Source of the DNA: Octopus vulgaris
Lineage: Eukaryota
NCBI GenBank assembly: GCA_951406725.2
Contig: OX597815.1
Location: forward strand, 167,772,001-167,836,000
Direction: 5' to 3'
DNA length: 64,000 nt
Below are positions 42,415-55,299 of this stretch, in pieces; the stretch's first letter is position 1; every line of letters starts with the position of its first letter. The notes under the pieces are model-generated. The model ran no database searches and was not told the origin of the DNA. It saw nothing but the letters and a program-made list of their open reading frames with translations. The translations under genes and the position numbers were made by a program.

Positions 42415-42533
<119 letters not shown>

Positions 42534-43664
42534 TATGTAGAGAGAAAGAGATATTTGTCTATCTACCAATCCAATCAAGCTATCTTCTTATCTATCCGTG
42601 TATCTATCTATCTATCTAGACAGACAGACAGACAGATATACAGACAGATAGACACGCAGACTGTCAGACAGACGTACAGACAGACAGATACCGAGTCAGA
42701 TAGATAGGTGTTTCTGTATGAATACACATGTATATGTTCGCACATACATCAGTCTATCCATCTGTCAATATATCTTTTTATATATCTATCTACCTGTTTA
42801 TCTGTTTCCTAGCCTGTTTCTTTTCCAATGACCAAGTAAATACATTTTCACACAAATCTAAACAAAAGAGAACTCAAGATTTCTGATCTCAGATCATATT
42901 TTGCCAACTCCAGTCCTCTTTCATGTCTCAGCATAGTATCTAGCTCCTGCTTTGTTTATGTTCATCAATAGCACACCATTCTATACTTGATTCGTTTGTT
43001 TACATAAAAATGAAAACTTCTCATTCCAGTTGAAATATTAAAAAGAATAAATAAAAATCCAAATAATAGTAATAATAATAATAATAATAATGATGATGAT
43101 GATGATGATGATAGTCTTGCATGTAATGTTATTATCATTACTATTTTTGTAAACGTACTATCTTTAATTGTACCCACCACAAACTAGGACTAAGTTTCTG
43201 TGAAAACGAATCCGCCATCGTGTAATATCTCTCTCTCTCTCTCTGTCTCTCTCTTTCTCTAGTCTAAATATATAATTAGTATTTATCTGGGTTTTTTTAT
43301 TTTTAGTTTTTTTTTATTTACTTCTTTCAGTCATTGGACTGCGGCAACGCTGGGGCACCGCATTAAAGATTTAGTCGAACAATTCAATCCTGGAACTTCT
43401 ATGTTAATAAAAGTAAAATTCTGCCTGTCTGTCTGGGAACCCCCGTATCTCAGTCTACATTTACTCTACAGAAACATATTATACCTTTTTGAAATGAGGA
43501 TTATACGAGCATTGAAAATATGCCCTTCATTTGTTTCTTGAATATCTAATTATGGGATCTGGTGTAAAAGCATTTTGGCTGCTATTTCTAGCTGGTAAAA
43601 TGACCATGAGAGTTGCAAGAATTACCTCCCTTAGCTTTAACTTTTTCTAAGGAATTTAGAGTTT

Positions 43665-43870
43665 CTTTTATCTTTTTTAGTCATTAGACTACGGCCATAC
43701 TGGGGAACCCTCCTTGAGGAATTTTAATCGAACAAACCGACACCAGTTCTTTCTTTTTTTTACGCCTGGTATTTTTTTATTGGTCTCTTTTACCGAACCG
43801 CTACGTTTTGTAAATATAAACACAGCAGCACCAGTTATCAAGCGGTGGTGGGGGACAAACACAGACACAA
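43665..43870 (-). mobile_element. SINE family A, diverged 3' half
   Basis: Tail and body motifs on the minus strand. Confidence 0.7.
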
Positions 43871-43909
43871 ATTCACAATAGATATATACATACATATATA
43901 TACATATGT

Positions 43910-43941
<32 letters not shown>

Positions 43942-43983
43942 ACAAGTGAACATTATGTTAGAGCACAGAAAACTGCTTTATAT

Positions 43984-44052
<69 letters not shown>

Positions 44053-44332
44053 TATGTATATATATGGGTACAGGTCGTCACAAAACGTAAACAACATGAA
44101 ATACGTCATCAATTGTCAGCTGTCCATCTAGTTCACATTTCGAGCAATTAACGACAATATGAGTCTTCGAAAAACAGTTGCTGCCCCGAACCAAGTTGAA
44201 ATTTGGGATTTGAGGAGGGTCAAAGTTGGTAACAAAAACAGGACAATGGAGACATACAACAAACCAATCGAGAACAAACATGGAGGGCCGTTAGGACAGA
44301 CGTGGTAAAGTAGCGAACGCTATATATATATA

Positions 44333-44530
44333 GGGAATGTTTACGAAAAAAACAAAAGACGAAGACAGGTGGTGTACAAAACAAACATGTATTAGTATAA
44401 CGCTCAGGAATAGAAAAAGTCTTTTATGTTTCGAGCCTACGATCTTCTACAGAAAGGTACACAGAAAAAAACAAGGAGAGAAACAAGGAGAGAAAAAATG
44501 TGTGTAGTGACTAACGATCTATCATAGCGT
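44333..44530 (-). mobile_element. Solo copy of the 22.7 kb hammerhead unit
   Basis: Reverse complement of the array core, including GUACCUUU CUGUAGAA GAUC-GUAG-GCUC GAAA CA UA AAAGAC at 44419-44460. Confidence 0.88.
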
Positions 44531-44702
44531 CTGATTCGGACAGAATGGTCACACTCACACGTACACACACACACACACGCATTTGTACATATATGTGTAG
44601 GTGTTTACGTATAAGTACGTATCTATATGTATACATACATATATGTATATATATATATATATATACACACACACATATATATAATAAATATATATATATA
44701 TT

Positions 44703-44898
44703 ATTCTGTTACTTGCTTCAATCATTTGACTGTGATCATGCTGGAGCACCGCCTTTAGTCGAACAAATCGACCCTTTGTTAGCCTAGTACTTATTCTATC
44801 TTTCTCTTTTACCAAGCCACTAGGTTATGGGGATGTAAACACATCAGCATCAGTTGTCAAGCGATGGTGGTAGGAGGGGGAGAAACACAGACACACAA
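44703..44898 (-). mobile_element. SINE family A, 3' half
   Basis: CATGCTGGAGCACCGCCTTTAGTCG and neighbouring family A motifs. Confidence 0.8.
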
Positions 44899-44912
44899 AT
44901 ATATGCATATAT

Positions 44913-45150
44913 ATCACCGTGATCACCGTGACCGACCAGGCTATCAGATGTCACAATGCGCTTTGCATTGTTTTAGCCTTCAAGTGACGCCACCCCGCTG
45001 GCTAAAGCGAGCAGGCCAACAGAAGAAAGAGTGAGAGAAAGTTGTGGCGAAAGAGTACAGCAGGGATCGCCACCACCTCCTGCCGGAGTATAGGTGATTT
45101 CGCTCAATAAACACTCACAACGCCCGGTCTGGGAATCGAAACCGCAGTCC
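44913..45150 (-). mobile_element. SINE family B (tail type 3)
   Basis: B box GGTTTCGATTCCCAGACCGGGCG and body shared with 27449/37606; different 3' part ending (CACGGTGAT)x2. Confidence 0.82.
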
Positions 45151-45262
45151 TATGGATAATTTCCATTTTGAATGTTTTCGGGGTACTTAATTGTGCTCAT
45201 GACTTAGTGTTTGCGCTTCCATGGGTATGAGTAAGTATCTCATTTATTTCTTTGCCACATTT

Positions 45263-45313
45263 ATCACTGACGAAGGGAGGGTTCTTATGAACTAACCCTG
45301 AAATCAGTCCGAT
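45263..45313 (+). ncRNA. Type I hammerhead motif, canonical core
   Basis: AUCA CUGACGA AGGG(AG GGUUC-UUAU-GAACU AA)CCCU GAAA UCAG UC CGAU; GUC triplet; first stem I pair mismatched. Confidence 0.72.
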
Positions 45314-45476
45314 TTGGTAATAATGGAATTTTTTAGAAATTTCTGTCGACCTTTTTTCGAGTAGCGCGCGTATTGTTAAAATTATAATGGTTATTGACAA
45401 TGTGTCTAATTTCGGCGTATTTGGTATTAGAATTTTTTCCGTTTGCCATTATTTATAAGTTATATATATATATATA

Positions 45477-45607
45477 TACGATGGGCTTCTTTCAGTTTCC
45501 GTCTACCAAATCCACTCGCAAGGTTTTGATCGGCCCGAGACTATCGAAGACACTTGCCCAAGGTGCCAAGCAATGGGTCTGAGCCTGCACAGCCACGCCT
45601 GCGCCTA
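45477..45607 (-). mobile_element. SINE family A, 5' half
   Basis: GGGCTTCTTTCAGTTTCCGTCTACCAAATCCACTC...CAGCCACGCCTGCGCC. Confidence 0.8.
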
Positions 45608-45784
45608 TATATATTCGTGATGATCTTACAAGTAGAGGCTGAGAACAAAAAAAGTGTTGCTGCTCAGGGTGAAATAATCGTTTCTAAGCATATCCTTTTC
45701 TCTTCTGTGGAGAAATTATATATATATATTTTTCAAAGAGTAAGAACATACATCTTATTACATATAATTCTCTTATTATTCGGC

Positions 45785-45978
45785 AACGTTTTTTGTTTGT
45801 GTTTTTGCTACAATAACATGGCTGTTCTATAAACAACTATGTTACTACATTTTAACCCTAGGAAAACGTCTTTTGCAACCTGTGACTGATATATTGCAAG
45901 TAAGGGAGTGATTCGCTCCCTCAAAATGTAGTAACAGTTCTTTATAGAACAGCAATGTTATAGTGGCAAAAAGACGTT
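45785..45978. repeat. Imperfect inverted repeat (~55 bp arms), possible MITE
   Basis: GCTACAATAACATGGCTGTTCTATAAA...TGTTACTACATTTT versus AAAATGTAGTAACA...TTTATAGAACAGCAATGTTATAGTGGC. Confidence 0.7.
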
Positions 45979-46067
45979 CCGTCTAGTGTTGTTATTACTT
46001 GTATCTCGTTTAGAGATTTAAAAAATATTTTGCTCTCTTATTATTATTCTTTATTATCACCATAGTG

Positions 46068-46114
46068 GCCGTGTATGGCATTATTTCATCCTGTTTTGGA
46101 ATCTTCAGCACGGC
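46068..46114 (-). ncRNA. Type I hammerhead motif, canonical core
   Basis: GCCGUG CUGAAGA UUCC-AAAACA-GGAU GAAA UAAUGCCA UA CACGGC; perfect 6 bp stem I. Confidence 0.72.
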
Positions 46115-46408
46115 ATTACTTGTGATTTTCAAAGTACTTTATCTAAGGTCATTTGTAAAAAAAAACTTAAGTTAAAGTTAACGACGATTGATTTTCTTCT
46201 TATAACGGTGGTGAGAAGAAGCGAAGTGAGAAAGACATAGGGGAAACTAGAGGAGAAAAACCTCTTACGGGATTCTGGAATACCTTGTATGTCACATTTT
46301 TGTTTTCTTTTTATATAGATCCAGCATTATTTTGCCTTGCATGATGATCTTTTACGTAGCCACATTTACTCCACGGTCCAAGTCTGAAGTCCTGTTTCGT
46401 TTTTCTCG

Positions 46409-46584
46409 TAGGAGTGGCTGTGTGGTAAGTAGCTTACTTACGAACCACATGGTTCCGGGTTCAGTCCCACTGCGGGACACCTTGGGCAAGTGTCTTCTAC
46501 TATAGCCTCGGGCCGACCAAAGTCTTGAGTGGATTTGGTAGACGGAAACTGAAAGAAGTCCGTCGTATATATGTATATATATAC

Positions 46585-46653
<69 letters not shown>

Positions 46654-46875
46654 TGTGTCTGTGTTTGTGTGTCTGTGTTTATCCCCCCAACATCGCTTGA
46701 CAACCGATGCTGGTGTGTTTACGACCCCGTAACTTAGAAGCTCGGCAAAAGAGACCGATAGAACAAGTACTAGGCTTACAAAGAATAAGTCCTAGGGTCA
46801 ATTTGCTCAACTAAAAGCAGTGCTCCAGCATGGCCACAGTCAAATGAGTGAAACAAGTAAAAGAGTAAAAGAGTA
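46409..46875 (+). mobile_element. SINE family A, full length
   Basis: Head, internal (TG)n, tail (GTAAAAGA)n. Confidence 0.92.
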
Positions 46876-47674
46876 AATGTAGAATTTCTGGCTGTATTCT
46901 CTTATATTCTTTGCTGTCGGAAGGATTACGAATAATATTCTGTTTATTCCATCTTGCTATATCAGTTTTGCCATAAATTTTAGTGGACTGCATTTTAAAT
47001 CCAGTCAGTGTATCGCTTAGACGTGGTGGTCTTATAGGAAGTTGTATATACAGAGGTAGCGGCAGAGAACGAGAGTTGCTGCTCAGAAGATAAACGATTT
47101 TAAGCACGTCTATTTTTTTTCTTCTGTGAATCGGTAGTATGACATTGGTATGATTTCGATTTAGAAAAATACCGTACACAATACCACGTGATAGAGAGGA
47201 ATAATGTTTATATATTTATTTACCGTGGTGTGTCTGTGATTCGGCCAGTTCTAAAGCTTTCACGTTGTCGACTCTCAGGCGACTGGTCACAAAGAGATTT
47301 AAGCTTCTTTATACACAAGGGTTGAGGATGTTTAGGTCCTACCAAAAATAACTTGGTGTGAACATGTATGTCGCATAAACTAGATTTTTAAAAAGTATGA
47401 GAACAAATACAGAAAATACACTTAATACTTTTTTGTACAAATCCTTTAAGATACACAACTACATAGCAAAAACTCAGAATAAGTAAATATATTTTTATAC
47501 ATTTATGTCTATTGACCTTGTTTGTGCTTGGCAACAAGAACAATTTTTAACAATGAGAGAAGTATGCAAAGAATTTAGTTAGACTGAAGCTAAAATGGTT
47601 TTGATGTGTGGCGAGTGGGTAGATATATATGTGTGTGTGGAGGTGTGTGGAGGGGGTATGTCTGTATACAAGGG

Positions 47675-47707
<33 letters not shown>

Positions 47708-48649
47708 CTGATTCTATGTGAGTATGTATGAGTGTGTGTGTGTACACGGAAGTCATGTGGTACAGTAAATCTTCATTATAGCTATTAATTGAAAAGTTAT
47801 ACTAAATTATACCCATTCAGAAGAATAAACAAATAGATCATTCGATTTCATGTGGGGGTGAGGAATTGCGAGTACAGGAGAAAATAATTTGAAACTTTAA
47901 ACCAGACCATACATACATATATGCACACACGTATTTATACACATATATATAGGTGGGTAGATGCATACATGAGTGCACACTGACATAAATATACGCGTGC
48001 ACAAGCACATACATACATGCGTACACACACATACATACACGCACGCACACACATACACACATACAAGCATATACATATACATGCATGCATACATATACAT
48101 ACATACACATACATACATACATAAATACATACATACATACATACAACATACATACATACATACATACATACATACATACATACATACATACATACATACA
48201 TACATACATACATACATGTAACACACTGTTTTAAATACCAATCTTGAAAAATTAGGCTTCTCAATACCAGAAAGGAGAAAGCTGTTTCAAAGACTACAGA
48301 TCCAATCCATCACTAGAACTGTAAAAATCTGTAAAACTTTCCAGAAGTTTATCATTTAAGTGTATATGAACATGTCTAGATATGCAAGAGAAAACATACA
48401 TAAAACTGACCATACAAGACTGCACGTACGCATACATGCAAAATACCCAACTGTTGATGTCGAAATTCCAACGAAGGAGCCTTGGCTCTAGGTTAGAAAC
48501 CGGCTCTTTCGCTATTGGCAAGAACTCTTGAAATACAACTGAATAATGACATACATACATACACACACACATACATACATACATACATACATACATACAT
48601 ACATACATACATACATACATACATACATACATACATACTTACATACATA

Positions 48650-50002
48650 CATGGTAGCTGTCTACTCCTTATGCAGAGTATGGCCACCTCCTGTACCTAC
48701 ACTTTATCACCATCATGGCATCTGATGTGGCTTTTTAAACCAGACAATGTTCTGAAAAGATACCCACATAAGTCGCACCTCCGATTTGGACCACCAACAG
48801 CTGTAGATAAGTTCTGCTCTTTGTGGATCTTAAAATGTGTTTTGAGGCCTCCGTTGGATTAGCAAACCTTCTGGCATACACTGCATTCAAAGGCGTGCAC
48901 AAACATGTAGGCAGAATAGTTGGTGAAGATTCGTTTTTCATGCTTTCGCAGATGAGATTTGAGGCCAGCAAAAGACAGGCATGGTCTGTCACAGACTGTG
49001 CACACAAAAAGGTCATTGTCATTCACCTTCTCGATCGTTACATTCTTCCTTAGAATCTCTTTTGAGTCTTACTTGCGTTATCCTGGCCTCTTCAAATGCT
49101 TTCACTCCACTGCACACCTTTGTTCGCTATCCAATTCGATCCGAAGCAAGGGTTACTATATCTTTTAGAATCATTCCAAGTGACTTCATAGTAGTCCTTA
49201 TGCTGTCCTTAAACCTTTTTTTAGGTTTACACCGATATCGTTTCCCCTCTGCAAGCTCACCATAAAACAGCTGTTTTGGCATGCGTTCATCTGCCATTCG
49301 AACAATATGGCTACACCATTTCAATTGGTTCCTCAAAATCATAGCTTTAATTGAGGTGATGCCTGCAGATGCAAGGGCATCTGTGTTTTGAGTAAAAGAA
49401 TACGATGAAGGCATTTTTGGTGGAATTGTTCTAACAATTTAAAATGCCTTTCATAACAAGTCCAAGTTTCACAGGAATACAACAGAGATGCTAAGACAAA
49501 CGATTTGCAAAGAGCCAGCTTTGTATTCTTATTTATATGTCGCTGGCACCAAACGCGTGACTCCAAGCCACTAAATGCCTTTGCTGCCCTTTGAATTCGT
49601 ATTTCTGTATCAAGATTTCCATCATTTTGAACAGAGCTTCCAAAGTAGACGAATGAATCGACAACCTCAAGTAACTTTCCATTAACAAAAATTTTAGGCG
49701 GGTTACAAACAGCACCACATGTAAGTTGATGCATTACAACTGTTTTTTTCAAGTTGATGGTCAAGCCAAAATCATCACAAGCCGAGTCAAATGCAGATAC
49801 AAAAGATTGCAGACCTGTTTCAGAATGACTCAGCATACAAAAGTTCCCAAATGAGTGAAGTAAAAACCTTCATTTTGAATTTCAATTTGGTCAGATTAAA
49901 AATATTCCCGATTGTTCGATATTTTATGTAAATACCCTCCTCAGAGTTTTGAAAAGCATGTGACAACACAGTAGCAAAGTATATTGCAAAGAGGATGGGT
50001 GC
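48650..50002 (-). mobile_element. RTE-clade LINE, 5'-truncated, with three C-terminal C2H2 zinc fingers
   Basis: APILF...ELLYA, FGLTINLKKT, FVYFGS, LLYSCETW, QLKWCSHIVRMADERMPKQLFYGEL...PKKRFKD; then CTVC..HLRKH, CSVC..HFKIH, CDLC..HIRCH, stop, short 3' UTR and (TGTA)n tail. Frameshifts and stops present. Confidence 0.93.
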
Positions 50003-50380
50003 ATATATACACATATATATAAACATATAAAAATAAAAAAAGAGGTACGATGTGTGAATAAGAATTACATATAAATAATATTGTATAGAGAAAAGTAAAA
50101 GATATGCAATTAAAAGATATAAAATAATATATATATATATGTAAAAGTAAAAATATACAAGTAAAAATATACGTATATATACATATAAGAAAAAAAGGAA
50201 AAAAGATCTATACATGTTTACAGACATTTTATTGGATGGCCGTCCACCTCATTTAATTGTATATATATTTTAATTGTTTATTCATACGTTTCATCTCATT
50301 CGATCCCCTGACCCCAATGCTAGTATCGTCCCCTCTTTTTCTCAACCTCATGGTTAATAAAGAAATTGACTGTTCAGGAA

Positions 50381-50625
50381 TTCATCCACCCTTTGACAGG
50401 TCTTATTTTTCATCCCGCAGGGTGTCCAACATCACTCTTTCCACCAAGCAAGCCTGGTGGGGTTGCCAGTTTAGTGCTACTGGTAACATATTAATCTAGT
50501 ACAACCTGTCGCATGGTCGGGTCGTTGGCGACTAAACTGGCAACCCCACCAGGCTTGCTTGGTGAGGAGGGTGTTGTTGGACACCCTGCAGGATGAATAA
50601 TAAGACCCGTCAAAGGGCGGATGAA
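50381..50625. repeat. Inverted repeat (95 bp arms, 55 bp spacer) of a dispersed element
   Basis: 50381-50475 is the reverse complement of 50531-50625; diverged relatives at about 24305-24480, 51050-51150 and 52785-52885. Confidence 0.9.
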
Positions 50626-50663
50626 CATACGTACATACATATATACATACATACATACATACA

Positions 50664-50697
<34 letters not shown>

Positions 50698-51974
50698 CAT
50701 ACATGATGTTGTCAACTCGTAAATGAGTATGACCTTCATTGACAAATTATCTTATCTCAGATGTTAAAGGCAATGACTATCAGCAGTGACCGTGCTGACA
50801 TCTAGAGCCAATAAGAGCTTGCACAACGCTGCTACAACTCTCACCTTCAAAGCCAAGTAACCTGGAAACAAGCGAGGGCAAAAACTTCAGCTTTACAATG
50901 GGAAGAGTGTTATTTCGGAATTTCCCTCTCAACAAAGACTAGGTCTTTTTCACTCCCAGTTATTTGCTGGTTGTTGACTGTACTGAGTTCATTCGACCTT
51001 TAATAGATTTTGCTTTCCGTCCTATCGGTTATCCAACAAAAAAAACCCTAAGCCGGCAACTCCACCAAACAAATTTGGGGTTGCCGGTTTAATCGCCGAC
51101 GAACCTATTATACGACAGGTTGTATGGGATTATATGTAAGCAGTAGCACTGAGAATAACTTGACGTAACATATCTACGTATATTCATGGTGGTTGTCTCC
51201 CGAAGTCCGAGAAAGACGGTTCTGCAATTTCTTTCCGAACAACCTGAACAAAGAATTTGTTTATAGTGATCAAATCAACATTGCTTGAACAGAAGCGCAG
51301 TGTTACAACGTGCTCCTCTTCAGGCAACGTCAGGTGTCGAAATGATCGCAGAGTGATATGAGACGAAGTAACTTACTCAAGAACCACAACGCATCACTCG
51401 ATCTCGCGATCGTGAACGAAACACTCTAACCATTATACCATGCGCCTTCACATACAAAAATATGCACAGATAGTGAAAGTCAACTTGAGACCGAGTAAGA
51501 CCACTTCTTGGACTCAGTTAGACCATGCAAACGCTCTGAGTATCCAAGAAGTACCTCTGCGTGAATTTGTTTTGAGTGGGTAAAGTGTTGCACAGCACTG
51601 AACCCACTTTCAATGCAATCCGCTAGAAAACCAGTAGCACTACGGAGGTCGATACGACTAGAACCAACTGCACGTCAGGGTTTTTTAATACGATTTTACC
51701 TTCTGTTAAAAAGAAATTTTAGGGGTCCTTCACTCCTAGTGGTTCATATTTTAATCAACCCATAGCTGGGAGCCTAACAAGTGATACTACTCCGGGTCAG
51801 AATAAATTTGGGAACAACAGTGAATAAGAGGTGGACCCATACTCCTCGAAACCCTGGAACTGCCATACTTGGGTCCCACTATCAGATGTAGTTTAAAGTC
51901 ATTTCCAGGACATGCGTACATACTGGCTACAACTAGATTTTGAATAATACTTTCGCTTACTTGCTGTATTAAAA

Positions 51975-52250
51975 ACATGAGCAGTATGAATATGTCTTTT
52001 GAATCCTGATACGGAATTACACTCTGTTGCACAAATGTGGCAACGACCTCTGTCTCTTGTAGTTGGTTTTACAATATTGTTTTGGTGACCGTTCATATGA
52101 CATTTTAGTTCGTCCACGTAATTCACATTTATTCCTACATTTTCTGAAATTATAAATTCTGTATAATGCATAGTTAACTTCCCAGTGTGAGTGTGGCTCC
52201 TCTGATGAATTGTAAAACCTGTCTTACTTAGTCAGACACGCCTACACTCA
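51975..52250 (-). pseudogene. Decayed C2H2 zinc-finger tract (probable RTE 3' end), copy 1
   Basis: SKTGFTIHQRSH, ELKCHMNGH, CHICATECNSVSGFKRHIHTAH; no TGEKP linkers. Confidence 0.55.
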
Positions 52251-53709
52251 TTATATGTAAAATCGGGTTGTGCGCCAACATAATCAGGCAAATTCACATG
52301 AAGACCTTACATACATGTATGCATGTATACATACATACATACATACGTACGTACATTTCTACATACATACATACATACATACATACATACATACATACAT
52401 ACATACATACATACATACATACATACATACATACATGATGTTGTCAACTCGTAAATGAGTATGACCTTCATTGACAAATTATCTTATCTCAGATGTTAAA
52501 GGCAATGACTATCAGCAGTGACCGTGCTGACATCTAGAGCCAATAAGAGCTTGCACAACGCTGCTACAACTCTCACCTTCAAAGCCAAGTAACCTGGAAA
52601 CAAGCGAGGGCAAAAACTTCAGCTTTACAATGGGAAGAGTGTTATTTCGGAACTTCCCTCTCAACAAAGACTAGGTCTTTTTCACTCTCAGCTGTTTGAT
52701 GGTTGTTGACTGTACTGAGTTCATTCGACCTTTAATAGATTTTGCTTTCCGTCCTATCGGTTGTCCAACAAAAAACCCCCTAAGCCGGCAACTCCACCAA
52801 ACAAATTTGGTTGGGTTGCCGTTTTAATCGCCGACGAACCTATTCTACGACAGGTTGTATGGGATTATATGTAAGCAGTAGCACTGAGAATAACTTGACG
52901 TAACATATCTATGTATATACATGGTGGTTATCTCCCGAAGTCCGAGAAAGACGGTTCTGCAATTTCTTTCCGAACAACCTGAACAAAGGATTTGTTTATA
53001 GTGATCAAATCGACGGTGCCTGAACAGAAGCGCAGTGTTACAACGTGCTCCTCTTCAGGCAACGTCAGGTGTCGAAATGATCGCAGAGTGATATGAGACG
53101 AAGTAACTTACTCAAGACCCACAACGCATCACCCGATCTCGTGATCGTGAACGAAACACTCTAACCACTATACCATGCGCCTTCACATACAAAAATATGC
53201 ACAGATAGTGAAAGTCAACTTGAGACCGAGTAAGACCACTTCTTGGACTCAGTTAGACCATGCAAACGCTCTGAGTATCCACGAAGTATCTCTGCGTGAA
53301 TTTGTTTTGAGTGGGTAAAGTGTTGCACAGCAGTGACCCCACTTTCAATGCAATCCGCTAGAAAACCAGTAGCACTACGGAGGTCGAGACGACTAGAGCC
53401 AACTGCATATCAGTGTTTTTTAATACGAATTTACCCTCTGTTAAAATGAAGTTTTAAGGGTCCTTCACTCCCAGTGGTTCATATTTTAAGTAACCCATAG
53501 CTGGGAGCCTAACAAGTGCTACTACTCCGGGTCAGAATAGACTTGGGAATGACAGTGGATAACAGGTGGACCCACACTCCTCGAAACCCTGGAACTGCCA
53601 TACTTGGGTCCCACTATCAGATGTAGTTTAAAGTCATTTCCTGGACATGCGTACATACTGGCTGCAACTAGATTTTGAATAATACTTTCGCTTACTTGCT
53701 GTATTAAAA

Positions 53710-53985
53710 ACATGAGCAGTATGAATATGTCTTTTGAATCCTGATACGGAATTACACTCTATTGCACAAATGTGGCAACGACCTCTGTCTCTTGTAGTTG
53801 GTTTTACAATATTGTTTCGGTGACCTTTCATATGACATTTTAGTCCGACCATGTAATTCACATTCATTTCTACATTTTCTGAAATTATAAATTCTGTATA
53901 ATGCATAGTTAACTTCCCGGTGTGCGTGTGGCTCCTCTGATAAGTTGTAAGACCTGCCTTACTTAGTCAGACACGCCTACACTCA
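53710..53985 (-). pseudogene. Decayed C2H2 zinc-finger tract, copy 2
   Basis: GLKCHMKGH, CHICAIECNSVSGFKRHIHTAH; duplicate of copy 1. Confidence 0.55.
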
Positions 53986-54511
53986 TTTTACGTGGAATCG
54001 GGTTGTGCGCCAACATAATCAGACAAATTCACATGAAAACCTTACATACATGTATGCATGTATACATACATACGTACGTACGTTCCTACATACATACATA
54101 CATACATACATACATACATACATACATACATACATACATACATACATACATACATACATACATACATACATACATACATACATACATACATACATAGCAA
54201 AAGAAACTGCGGTTTCAGCAAATCCAATCTATAAGTGGCACGGCGAACACTTGTAAAACATTCCCATGATTTTTTATCTGAGATTTTCTAGATGAATAGA
54301 TGTACACACTTGGATACGTGCATCTACAGCTCAACACCAATACACCAAATATTTACAAACACCGGGAATTCTATTAACTCAAAAAGGTATGTCGCTTTGT
54401 TAGCGACCGGCTTGAACTCTCTTAAGAAGAACTTAACTAAAACCCAAAGACAATATACACATACACATATACACATATGCTGATATATTCATACATATAT
54501 ACATACATTAT

Positions 54512-54812
54512 CTGGCAGTCTGTCGGTTACGACGACACGTGTTCCAGTTGATCCGATCAACGGAACATCCTGTTCGTGAAATTAACGTGCAGGTAGCTGA
54601 ACTTCCCAAAACATGCGTACTCTTAACGCAGTGAAACAGAAAGTGTGAAGGATGGGCACTGGAAATACAGGTACCACTTACTTTTTATCAGATGAGTGGG
54701 TTGAAGCAACATGAAATAAAGTATGTTGCTCAAGGACACAGCGCGCGGCCGGGTATCGAACTCACGACGTTACGACCGTGAACTGGATATCATGACCTTA
54801 CATGCACCTTAC
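54512..54812 (-). mobile_element. tRNA-derived SINE (old)
   Basis: Minus-strand B box GAGTTCGATACCC followed by TGTGTCCTTGAGCAAC. Confidence 0.65.
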
Positions 54813-55299
54813 ACATACATAAAAACAGATTGACAGACAAAATTTCGCAATACCAACAAAATACCTGATATAAAATGAAATTTGGATACAGACAAAATAC
54901 CCGAATGGAGTAACCAGAACAGAATCAGTGAAATTAACCCCAAAATGTATCCCATTTCACCAGCTGTCGTCCCAAAACGTCACCCATTTTATCTATGAAG
55001 CAAACTGTCATTGCTAAAACACTATACAGAGCAATTCATTGAAGGATAGAACTGTATAACGAAATATAAGAAGTATCAATTTCGTGACAAGCATATCCAT
55101 TCTATAGAAAATGCAAGAATGCAAGTATCGAAATGTTGTCAAACTCTCTGCAAAATTAAGTAAAACTGAACAGGTGTAATGCAGATGTCATCTAAATAAA
55201 AGACAAAAATAAATCTTGCCCACTAGTAGACATCAGTTGGTTATCAGTCGTTTATATGATATTGGTTTCAAATTTTTATATCAACCCCAGTGTTCAACT

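Larger units (their letters stand above)
50703..54195. repeat. Tandem duplication of a ~1.73 kb composite segment bounded by (TACA)n
   Basis: ATGATGTTGTCAACTCGTAAATGAG at 50703 and 52435 (offset 1732); collinear through to the (TACA)n tracts ending near 52434 and 54195. Confidence 0.97.

Noticed and set aside
48459-48515. AGCCU/AGGUU hairpin followed by GAAACCGG in a dispersed repeat
   Set aside because: No recognisable CUGANGA core at the correct spacing.
51899-52171. Host C2H2 zinc-finger gene (and its duplicate at 53634-53906)
   Set aside because: Fingers are decayed, lack TGEKP linkers and have upstream stops; they resemble RTE C-terminal fingers.
52202-52208. Isolated CTGATGA words (also near 4611, 12392, 18352, 63112)
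   Set aside because: No stem II plus GAAA downstream; expected by chance.
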